Positions 1 through 8,040 of a stretch of DNA of 24,533 nt are shown here, piece by piece. Position numbers and translations under genes: made by a program. The notes beneath the pieces were generated by a model. That model was given only the letters and a program-made list of their open reading frames with translations, searched no databases and was not told the DNA's origin. The DNA comes from a plasmid. The stretch lies in the sequence record NZ_CP021968.1; one strand, 5' to 3'. Position 1 is the first letter of the stretch, and every line of letters starts with the position of its first letter.

Positions 1-522
1 TGGCCGTTCTATTGAAACGAGACCTAAAAGTGTTCAAACACGACAGACATTTGGGTATTTTGAAGTTGATACCATGCAATCAGGAAAGAGACGTGGTGAT
101 GTGCTAGTGACAATCACCAAAGACTGAGTCGATAACATATTGTTCGACATGTCAGTGGGCGTAATAGCCAATCAGTGACACCCGCTTTAATTCACTTTTT
201 TCAAGGCATAAAGAATGCAAAGTCAATCACTGTTGATCGCGGACGAGAATTTGCAAAATATGGCGAAATCGAGCAAAAGATAGGTATTCCAGTCTGTTTT
301 GCAAACCCATACTCACCAGAAGAACGTGGGAGTAATGAGATATTAAACCGATATGTTCGGCGATTCTTACCCAAAGAGCGCAAGATTGAAACAATTAGTG
401 CCAAAGAATTAGATCAAATCAATCATTGGATCAATGCACGACCAATGAAAACACTCAACCGGCCATCACCACGAAAGGTTTTTCAGCAGTTCGCAGTGTT
501 CGGTTAATTCTTGCAATCGATC
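1..522 (+). mobile_element. IS30-family element, copy 2, 3' portion. The 5' portion is at 24043..24533; the two join across the window boundary.
   Basis: The right terminal IR ttcggttaattcttgcaatcgatc (499-522) closely resembles the right IR of the IS30 copy at 8041-9083. The transposase reading frame at the window end continues in frame into window position 2. Confidence 0.7.
2..507 (+). pseudogene. IS30-family transposase, C-terminal part, frameshifted
   Basis: Frame 2 reads GRSIETRPKSVQTRQTFGYFEVDTMQSGKRRGDVLVTITKD then TGA at 125-127. Homology resumes in frame 1 (…TVDRGREFAKYGEIE…CFANPYSPEERGSNEILNRYVRRF…), the DDE/ERGSNE region of IS30 transposases. Compare the intact copy at 8055-8984. 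Confidence 0.75.
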
Positions 523-578
523 ATCGAATAGATTACAAGTGATGATAAACTTTGATAATGTTGCTAGGAGAATGTTGT

Positions 579-1988
579 TTAGTGTGTTTCGAGTTGATAG
601 GTTGTGAACTGACCTAACAAATTTTTGCCGTCAATTTTGATGATAGGGGCGTCATCAGTATAGACTCGTTCTGTGAATACTTTCTCACCATTTTGAACAA
701 ATATTTCAACGACACTTTTATCAATATATAAGGAAAGTGTTATTTCTGATGACTGTGCAATCGTGGCAAACCGATCATCTTGAGGATGATCCTGATGTGT
801 TAGTCGGAATTGCTGGTTAGCATGATCAAAATCGAGCGTGATAATATCTTGCTTTTTGCTATTTTGGAAGTGTAAGTTAAAATCTTGGTCGGTGAGATTG
901 AGCTGAACTTCAACAGTTGATGAATGACCATCTAATAGCGTTTGTACTGATGATAAACTGCCACTGCTTAATACCTGTTCCCGTAAAGCGCGAACTTCGG
1001 CGACTGGACGCATCAATAAACGGTCATTGGCTAGGATAAGTTCGCGAGGTAAGGTGAGCATACCTGCCCAGCCATCTGTTTTTTCAGGAAATTCGCTTTC
1101 CCACATATCTGCCCAGCCAATAACAATTCGGCGACCATCCGGTGCCAAAAGGGTTTGTGAGGCGTAAAAGTCATGACCATTATCTAATTCTTTAAACTCG
1201 CCACGGTCAAATTGATTTTTGGCGTAATCGTAATGGCCTACAAAGTAACCTGTTTGATAGAGATTACGGAATTTTTGGGGCTGGGTTTCAATTTTCATAG
1301 GTGAGGTGAGTAGGATATGACGACCGTTGAGGGTGAAAAAATCAGGGCATTCCCACATGTCACCTTCGGTTGCGACAGCTCGTGATTTGTCGAGCTCACC
1401 TAGATATTGCCAATCAAAGAGATTTTCGGATTGATAGATTAAGGCACGACCGAGTCCATCTTGTGATTGATTGCCTAAAATGACATTGTAATTGCCATCA
1501 TATTCCCAAATTTTAGGATCACGGAAGTGATGGGTGCTATCAGACGGCGCTTCAGCAATAATAGGGTTGTGCTCATACTTTGTAAAATGAACACCGTCAT
1601 CGCTATAAGCTAGATTTTGATTTTGCCAGAAATGTTCAGGATCATTGTCGCCGTAGTAATGATGACCCGTATAAATCAGCCAAAGGCGACCGTCTTTGAC
1701 AATGGCGCTTCCCGAAAATACGCCGTCTGTATCTTCATCATCGCCAGGGGTTAATGCAATTGGTAAGTCTTCCCAGTGCATTAAATCACGGCTTCGTGCG
1801 TGCCCCCAATGCATTGGTCCCCATTCAGGTTTGTAGGGATAGTTTTGATAGAAAATATGATAATAGCCTTGAAAGTATACAAAACCATTAGGGTCATTCA
1901 TCCAGCCATAGGTTGGTGCTAAATGAAATTCAGGGCGGTAGCGATCATTGGTTACCGTTGAGAATTTTTTTTCGAGTGTGTGTGACAT
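579..1988 (-). CDS. GH32 beta-fructofuranosidase: sucrose / sucrose-6-phosphate hydrolase (ScrB/CscA/SacA type), intracellular
   Basis: 469 aa with all three GH32 catalytic motifs (WMNDPNG, FRDP, WECPD) and no signal peptide. RBS AGGAGA sits 6 nt upstream of ATG. The stop is 34 bp downstream of the permease gene, consistent with one operon. Confidence 0.9.
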   Translation of the reverse strand: MSHTLEKKFSTVTNDRYRPEFHLAPTYGWMNDPNGFVYFQGYYHIFYQNYPYKPEWGPMHWGHARSRDLMHWEDLPIALTPGDDEDTDGVFSGSAIVKDGRLWLIYTGHHYYGDNDPEHFWQNQNLAYSDDGVHFTKYEHNPIIAEAPSDSTHHFRDPKIWEYDGNYNVILGNQSQDGLGRALIYQSENLFDWQYLGELDKSRAVATEGDMWECPDFFTLNGRHILLTSPMKIETQPQKFRNLYQTGYFVGHYDYAKNQFDRGEFKELDNGHDFYASQTLLAPDGRRIVIGWADMWESEFPEKTDGWAGMLTLPRELILANDRLLMRPVAEVRALREQVLSSGSLSSVQTLLDGHSSTVEVQLNLTDQDFNLHFQNSKKQDIITLDFDHANQQFRLTHQDHPQDDRFATIAQSSEITLSLYIDKSVVEIFVQNGEKVFTERVYTDDAPIIKIDGKNLLGQFTTYQLETH

Positions 1989-2021
1989 ATTGTCTCCTTA
2001 AATGATGTGTTGGATGTTGCG

Positions 2022-3317
2022 TTATGACTTAGCCAAAGGGGTTCCGTCGACGTGTTGTGTATCTTTTTTGAGGATAAAGAATGCATAGATGCCAGCAATC
2101 AAGACGATGACAGCAATGACATGGAATGTGTTTTGATAGCCTACACGATCTCTGAGAATGCCCAATGGCGTTGATAAAATAACCTGCCCAATCTGGGCCG
2201 CAATTTGGAAACCAATCATGTATAGAGAAGCCGAGAGTTTGGTATTGAAGTGAAGGGTAAAGTATCTGAAAATTGATAACGTAAACATAGGTACTTCGAG
2301 AGAGTGCAGCATTTTAATTGCCGAAACGGCGTATGGATTGGCGTTAAATCCGCAGAGGCCAATTCGCAAGAACATAATAGCGACACCAATCATGAGTGTC
2401 CGTTTGACACCAACTTTTTGCATCACAATTGGTACGATACCTAACATTAGTGCTTCAAAGAATACTTGAATACTGTTGAGCGTGCCGTATGTCTGTTGGC
2501 CAACTGCTACACTTGAGAATAACTTTGTATAGAAATCAGGAAACATTTGTGAATCAAAAATATTATAAAAAGTCCAAGTGAACATGATGAAAATAATCAC
2601 CTGCCATAATTCAGACATTTTTAAAAGACGTAACATATCTGACAGCTTTGGTACTGAATCTTCGCGGGCTAGCGTTTTGACAGCATGATTGGCATCACGC
2701 TCTTCTTTTGGCACCCAGAATATAAGAACCAATAATAGTAGCACACCAAATAATGAACCAAACCAGAAATTTAAATGAGGGTTAATCACAAACAAAACAC
2801 CGGCAAGTAGCGCCACAATAGCGTATCCGAAGGATCCCCAAGCGCGAGCTTGACCATATTCAAATGAGAATACACGACTAAATCGTTCTGTGACCGCTTC
2901 TAGTATGCCAACTGCCGATAAAAAACCTGTCGATAGCACGATAGCACCGACCCACATACCGATAGCAAAATGATTGACGAGGAGAGGGGCATAGACCCAA
3001 ATAAAAAATGGACCAATTAGCGTAGATATAACAGCGTTAAAAATAAGTAAGTGTCGCTTGATGAATAGTTTGTCTTGAATGGTGCCATAAACAAACATTA
3101 AAATTAAACTGATCAATGAATTGGCGGAAAAAATAGTCCCAACTTGACTTCCAGATAAGCCCAGACCATTTGTGTCGGAAGTCAACCATAGTTGGTAGAA
3201 GCTCCACCAAATACCCCATGACGCAAAGAACAACAACATGCTAGTTGAACTTTGTAAATAAGACGCGTTTTTAAAGGTGCGCGTGCCTTTTTGATTATGA
3301 TTCATTAGCAGATCCAT
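2022..3317 (-). CDS. MFS oligosaccharide:H+ symporter of the LacY/CscB/RafB type (TC 2.A.1.5), probable sucrose permease
   Basis: 431 aa, polytopic. It aligns along its length with E. coli LacY, e.g. FEYGQARAWGSFGYAI vs FEFGRARMFGCVGWAL, and KMLHSLEVPMF…RYF vs KTLHMFEVPFL…KYI. It lies immediately upstream of the GH32 gene on the same strand. Confidence 0.85.
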   Translation of the reverse strand: MDLLMNHNQKGTRTFKNASYLQSSTSMLLFFASWGIWWSFYQLWLTSDTNGLGLSGSQVGTIFSANSLISLILMFVYGTIQDKLFIKRHLLIFNAVISTLIGPFFIWVYAPLLVNHFAIGMWVGAIVLSTGFLSAVGILEAVTERFSRVFSFEYGQARAWGSFGYAIVALLAGVLFVINPHLNFWFGSLFGVLLLLVLIFWVPKEERDANHAVKTLAREDSVPKLSDMLRLLKMSELWQVIIFIMFTWTFYNIFDSQMFPDFYTKLFSSVAVGQQTYGTLNSIQVFFEALMLGIVPIVMQKVGVKRTLMIGVAIMFLRIGLCGFNANPYAVSAIKMLHSLEVPMFTLSIFRYFTLHFNTKLSASLYMIGFQIAAQIGQVILSTPLGILRDRVGYQNTFHVIAVIVLIAGIYAFFILKKDTQHVDGTPLAKS

Positions 3318-3458
3318 TAACCTTTCTTAAAATGGCGTTCTAAAATGTAAGCGTTTACACAAAAGATTATAACTGCAATTTTTTAGTATGTCAACCGATT
3401 GGCAGTTTTATTTTTTAGTTACAGTTTTGTTGACTTATAAATAGTAAAAATAAAAAAC

Positions 3459-3487
3459 TTGCATATTCTTTCTTTCGGCTATATAAT
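3459..3487 (+). promoter_or_regulatory. sigma70-type promoter for the pip-like gene
   Basis: -35 ttgcat (3459-3464), 17-nt spacer, -10 tataat (3482-3487). It sits in the divergent intergenic region between the permease and pip. Confidence 0.5.
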
Positions 3488-3522
3488 TTATCCATAGATA
3501 AAAAAAGGAAACGGGAAAGTTC

Positions 3523-5781
3523 ATGAAATTTTGGAAAAGTACGGAGTGGCAACGTGTTCGAAAAATACGCGGTTTGCCATTATTACTAATTGGAATTGCA
3601 CTCATTCCAAGCCTTTATGCGGTTATCTTTTTGTCATCATTGTGGGACGCGTATGGTAATGTCAACAAGTTACCGGTGGCAATTGTCAACCAAGATCGCG
3701 CTGCAAAGATTAACGGTAAGACGCAACATTTAGGAAATAATCTCACCAAAAATTTGGTAGATGGTAAGCAACTAAAAATTATTAAAACCACTAAATCGCA
3801 AGCCGCCTCAGGTTTGAAAAGTGGTAAATATTACATGACCATCACAATTCCTAGTGACTTCACTGAGAATTCTGGCACACTTTTGAGTAGTAGTCCCGTG
3901 CAACCAGAAATCAAAATTGCTCACAACACAGGTCAAGGATTTATTGCTGAAAAAATGACAACATCAGCAGCCGAGAAATTGCAAACTAAAGTGTCACAAT
4001 CGTTACAAAAAGTTTATAGTCAAACACTTGTAACCGCCACGACTGCTTCCAAGTATGGTTTTAATACTGGTTCTGAGGGTGCAAGTCAATTGAGCAGTGG
4101 TATCTCCCAGTTGCAAGACGGCACAAAGCAATTACAAACAGGCACGACCGCATTGCAAAGTGGTTCTGCCCAACTTGTAACTGGTTTGTCGCAGTATACC
4201 AGCGGTGTCTCATCAGCTAATTCTGGTTCTGCACAGTTAGTGGCAGGTGCGCAACAACTCGCCACACAACTTCAAAAAGTCAGTGATGAAATTAATGCAA
4301 AGCAACAAGCAAAGGCATCTGATTTGGCAAAGTTGGATGCTGGATTGACGGAGCTGACGCAGGGGTTGGAAAAATTGGGGGAGATTGGTGCACCCAATAT
4401 CAATGTAAATTCTAATGACATTAATAGTAATGCACAAAATTTGACAGATGGTTTAACTCAAATTCAAACCAATTTAGGGCAACTTAAAGTTGGTCTTAAT
4501 GATTCTGCAACGAATGCCCAAAATGTGGCTGATAGTTTGCAAGCGGCAATCAAATCGGACCCTCAGTTAATGTCTGATCCGAATGTTCAAAAAGCAGTGC
4601 AAAGTCTGAATGAGTTGGATGGTAGTTTGAAGGCTAGTGTTTCATCGGCGGCGGCCACTGGTGATGCGGCCGAAAAAAGTGGTCTAGCAGCCCAAAAAAT
4701 CAACAAAGATCTGCAACCGTTAGTTGCAGCATTACCAGAGCTAAAAAACTTACAAGCCCAACTTCCTGAACTGAAAGCTCTGTCTAAAGGTACGCAAGCA
4801 ACTAAGGGTGCGCAACAAGCCATCAAAACCCTCAATGCGAGTCTAACTGAAGTTAGCAACGGTATAGCTACGCAAGCTGTTCCGGGAGCACAACAATTAG
4901 CACAAGGTGCCAGTCAATTGAATGCCGGACTGAGTCAACTAAATGCTAATAGTGGCACTCTTAATCAAGGGGCTTCGCAGCTCAATTCTGGTACCACACA
5001 GTTACTAGAAGGTGAAAATCAGGCAATCGTTGCTCTTGGGCAAGCTAACACAGGCGCGCAAACGTTGTCACAAAAATTAGCTGATGGCGCTGTTAAATTA
5101 TCAAGCATTCATAATCAAAAATCTAATGTGACTGCATTGTCAAAACCAGTTAAAAAAGATAATTCTGATTTATCTAAAGTTGCTAACAATGGTACTGGTA
5201 TGGCACCATATATGATGTCGGTTGGTCTGTTTGTTGGTATGGTTGCATTTAGTGCGATATTTGATTTCATGACTGTTGGCAAGAAACCGAAAAATGGTTT
5301 TCTCTGGTGGGCTGACAAGCAAACAGTTAATGCACCGGTCTGGATTGCACAAGCACTGTTGATGACAGCATTGCTCTTTATCGTTGACGGTATGCAAACT
5401 CAAAAACCAGTCATGACATTCGTAGTAGCTTTGGTAGCATCATTTGCCTTTAATCAATTCGTAATTCTGTTCAATGTTGCATTTGGTAAACTAGGATCTG
5501 GTATAATGCTAATTTTGATGGTTTTGCAATTGAGTGCCAGTGCCGGAACTTATCCAATTGAGCTCTCAAATGGCTTCTTTAATGCAATTCACCCTTGGAT
5601 GCCGATGACGTATTCGGTTCATGCACTCCGTGAAACAATTTCAATTGGTGGCAGTGTGGCGTTGGATCTAACCGTATTGTTGAGTTTGGGTATTGTTTCC
5701 ATGATTCTGACATGGGGTGTTTACCAAATGAAACTAAAGCATAATCAATTGTCATTTCCACAATCATCAGCTGCGGAATAA
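3523..5781 (+). CDS. YhgE/Pip-domain membrane protein, a phage infection protein homologue
   Basis: 752 aa. N-terminal TM plus the conserved YhgE/Pip N-domain (RGLPLLLIGIALIPSLYAVIFLSSLWDAYGN…VAIVNQD). A long Q/S/G/L-rich repetitive central ectodomain. A C-terminal cluster of about five TM helices (ABC-2-like). Confidence 0.85.
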   Translation: MKFWKSTEWQRVRKIRGLPLLLIGIALIPSLYAVIFLSSLWDAYGNVNKLPVAIVNQDRAAKINGKTQHLGNNLTKNLVDGKQLKIIKTTKSQAASGLKSGKYYMTITIPSDFTENSGTLLSSSPVQPEIKIAHNTGQGFIAEKMTTSAAEKLQTKVSQSLQKVYSQTLVTATTASKYGFNTGSEGASQLSSGISQLQDGTKQLQTGTTALQSGSAQLVTGLSQYTSGVSSANSGSAQLVAGAQQLATQLQKVSDEINAKQQAKASDLAKLDAGLTELTQGLEKLGEIGAPNINVNSNDINSNAQNLTDGLTQIQTNLGQLKVGLNDSATNAQNVADSLQAAIKSDPQLMSDPNVQKAVQSLNELDGSLKASVSSAAATGDAAEKSGLAAQKINKDLQPLVAALPELKNLQAQLPELKALSKGTQATKGAQQAIKTLNASLTEVSNGIATQAVPGAQQLAQGASQLNAGLSQLNANSGTLNQGASQLNSGTTQLLEGENQAIVALGQANTGAQTLSQKLADGAVKLSSIHNQKSNVTALSKPVKKDNSDLSKVANNGTGMAPYMMSVGLFVGMVAFSAIFDFMTVGKKPKNGFLWWADKQTVNAPVWIAQALLMTALLFIVDGMQTQKPVMTFVVALVASFAFNQFVILFNVAFGKLGSGIMLILMVLQLSASAGTYPIELSNGFFNAIHPWMPMTYSVHALRETISIGGSVALDLTVLLSLGIVSMILTWGVYQMKLKHNQLSFPQSSAAE

Positions 5782-5840
5782 ATGACTTATAAACCTCACT
5801 CGTGGGGCTTTGTACATAAAAAGTTGGGAGAAATATCATT

Positions 5841-6326
5841 ATGAAAATGTCTAGTGCTGTTGAGCAAAGTTTAGTTGTATTAGTCATGTTGGGACTACAA
5901 AAAGATGGACTGCCAGTTAAAAGTCACATTTTGAGTAAGCATCTTGAAGTTTCAGATTCCTATTTAAAAAAGACCATGCGAAAATTGGTTGTTGCCAATA
6001 TTGTGGAAGCAATTGCCAGCAAAGAGGGGGGCTTTCGTTTGGCACGTGCCACAAAGTCAATCACGTTATTGGACGTTTACGAAGCGATTGAGGGAAAGGA
6101 CAGTTTTGTTCATTCTACACAGCTAGCTGATAGAGTATTCCCAGCCAAAAAAGCGGTTGAAACAGGTACACAAGAAGTCCTATCAATCATATTTGATGCC
6201 GAGCAAGATTTCAAAAAGCGATTGAAGCAGTATTCAATTCTGGATTTGCTGAAGTTGCGCGAAGATGGTAGCGATGGCATTGATTGGCGTAATTATGAAC
6301 CACAAAGTCAAACGGCCTTTGTGTGA
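5841..6326 (+). CDS. Rrf2-family (IscR/CymR-like) transcriptional regulator
   Basis: 161 aa. N-terminal winged-HTH of Rrf2 type (MKMSSAVEQSLVVLVMLG…HILSKHLEVSDSYLKKTMRKLVVANIVEAIASKEGGFRLAR). RBS GGGAG. Confidence 0.8.
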   Translation: MKMSSAVEQSLVVLVMLGLQKDGLPVKSHILSKHLEVSDSYLKKTMRKLVVANIVEAIASKEGGFRLARATKSITLLDVYEAIEGKDSFVHSTQLADRVFPAKKAVETGTQEVLSIIFDAEQDFKKRLKQYSILDLLKLREDGSDGIDWRNYEPQSQTAFV

Positions 6327-6350
6327 TGCGTTTAAAATATAAGAGATTAG

Positions 6351-6370
6351 GGACCGGCTGGTCCTTTTTT
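6351..6370 (+). terminator. Rho-independent terminator after the rrf2-like gene
   Basis: ggaccggctggtcc hairpin (5-bp GC-rich stem) followed by TTTTTT. Confidence 0.7.
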
Positions 6371-6481
6371 GTTTCGACAAGTTATTATTGACGACAAATT
6401 ATAACCATGATAATATGAAACAAAATGAAAGCGGTTACATAAAAACTGTCAGTTTACAGAGAAACAAGAGGTATTGATCGT

Positions 6482-6574
6482 ATGACATATAGTCATGAAA
6501 GTATTCAAACAACAAGTGGATTACCGTTTCGCATTTTTAGTTTTAATGAGCAAAATGACGGCCGCTTTATCCCG
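6482..6574 (+). pseudogene. Possible N-terminal fragment of an AraC-type sugar regulator, truncated by IS3 insertion
   Basis: Promoter-like ttgacg-17-taatat and RBS AAGAGG precede MTYSHESIQTTSGLPFRIFSFNEQNDGRFIP. The reading frame then runs into the IS3 terminal repeat at 6575. Only the first ~30 aa remain, so the family call is weak. Confidence 0.3.
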
Positions 6575-7652
6575 TGTTCTTATGCTAAAAAAAATGAACT
6601 ATTTTTGTTCAGTCCGTAAAATGAAAGTATAGGAGTATTTTTATATCAAGTCGTTATTCACAAGATTTTAAAGATTCACTGGTTAAACTTCAGCAAGTAA
6701 TTAGACAAACGACTCGCGATTTTTGAAGAAGAAAACTAAGCTTTATCACGCACAGCCTGACAGGTATTGAGCGGCCATCTTACTAGCCAAAAAATAGTCC
6801 GTAATGTGGGATTGCCGTTAGTTAACCAATTTTTAGCACAAGGCTACGCGCTTGTGCGTATTTTAAGTGCACTTAAAATCAAACCTAGTACCTATTACAA
6901 CTGGCGTCATTGGCAACCCAGTCGACAAGAAAAGCGTAGAGAATCCCTGAAACCTTATATTTTAGACGTTTGGAAAACCTTTAAATTTTATGGTTATCGT
7001 CGTATTGCTGCTTATAGTCAACAAACCGACGGTCCGAAAGTATCTGAGTATATGACACTCAAATTGATGCGTGAATTAGGGATTAAATCCCGCATGCAAA
7101 AACGTTATCGCAAACCCAAAACTGTTGTGACGGTTGATCAAAAACCCACTCTGATTAGACACTTGCATGATTTGAGCGGTGTTTGGCAAACAGATATCAC
7201 TTATATTCAGTTGACTAATCACAGATGGGTCTATTTAGCGACCGTTTTGGATCCTGAGAAGAGAAAAGTATTGGGCTATAAAATTGGCGATACAATGACA
7301 GCCGAGCTAGCCACAAGTGCCTTACAGATGGCGTTAGATAAGCATCGAAAGCCATTAATTATTCATTCAGATATGGGGTCACAATACACGAGTGCTGAGT
7401 TTAATATTAAATGCCAAAATTATGGCTTGAAACATTCATATTCACTCAAAGGCCATCCGTACGATAATGGCCCCGTATGGAAGCGTTTCATTCAATATTG
7501 AAGCGTGAAGAGGTGTATCTGAAGGCATACCAAACATTAACTGAAGTCCAAGCAGCCATTGGTTGGTATATCAATTTTTATAATCGCAATCGTATCTCAA
7601 ATGTTGCCTAAGTAACTGAATAAAAATAGTCCAATTTATTGACTTCTGAGCA
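6575..7652 (+). mobile_element. IS3-family element, type 1, copy A (degenerate)
   Basis: Left end tgttcttatgctaaaaaaaatgaact… and right end …ttattgacttctgagca form imperfect TG…CA terminal IRs. The orfA region is internally diverged or deleted. The orfB DDE region is present but frameshifted. Confidence 0.65.
6767..7611 (+). pseudogene. IS3-family transposase OrfB, frameshifted near 7455-7465
   Basis: ORF 6767-7501 carries the IS3 integrase core (…WQTDITYIQL…IIHSDMGSQYTS…GHPYDNG). The conserved C-terminus ESFHSILKREEVYLKAYQTLTEVQAAIGWYINFYNRNRIS continues in another frame to the stop at 7611. Confidence 0.75.
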
Positions 7653-7798
7653 AAATGTCTAAGATAACATTGAAAAAAATTTCAAGTGATTTAATACTTA
7701 ACAAGTAATTTTTAAACTAAAAATATTACCAAAGCGAGTGAAATGATTACTTTGCACTAGCTAATTTTTAATGGCATTTGAAAAAATTTTATGCTGAT

Positions 7799-7863
7799 AA
7801 ATCACCAAGTAAAAAGATAAAAATAATAGATTAAATTATTTTTATCTTTTTACTTGGTGATTT
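7799..7863. repeat. Perfect 27-bp-arm inverted repeat (65-bp hairpin) in an AT-rich spacer
   Basis: aaatcaccaagtaaaaagataaaaata (7799-7825), 11-nt loop, tatttttatctttttacttggtgattt (7837-7863). It is flanked by direct repeats ttttaatggcatttgaaaaaattttatg (about 7766) and ttttaaatggctcttgaaatattttattatg (about 7887). Confidence 0.85.
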
Positions 7864-7984
7864 TTGATCAATTAATACAATAATATTTTAAATGGCTCTT
7901 GAAATATTTTATTATGTGTAATTATATATTAAAAAAATCTAAATGCTATTAAACTTACGTCTGAAGAAAGTAGATATTAGTAAT

Positions 7985-8040
7985 GTTCTCATACTAGAAA
8001 AATGACCTATTGTTATTTGGTCCGTAAAATGAAAGTATAG
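7985..8040 (+). mobile_element. IS3-family type 1, copy B, left terminus (part 1), interrupted by IS30
   Basis: tgttctcatactagaaaaatgacctattgttatttggtccgtaaaatgaaagtatag aligns with the copy A left end at 6575-6632. Collinearity resumes at 9084. Confidence 0.6.

Noticed and set aside
201-404. 67-aa minus-strand ORF
   Set aside because: It lies antisense inside the IS30 transposase reading frame, has no RBS and no homology signal. A typical shadow ORF.
3037-3219. 60-aa minus-strand ORF inside the permease gene
   Set aside because: It is an alternative frame of the well-supported MFS CDS.
4237-5403. Four minus-strand ORFs of 66-90 aa (4237-4437, 4587-4859, 5115-5318, 5170-5403)
   Set aside because: All are antisense to the pip CDS in its repetitive GC-skewed region. 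Their composition is low-complexity and they have no RBS.
5579-5887. 102-aa minus-strand ORF spanning the pip/rrf2 junction
   Set aside because: Antisense to two well-supported genes and their RBS, with no start context.
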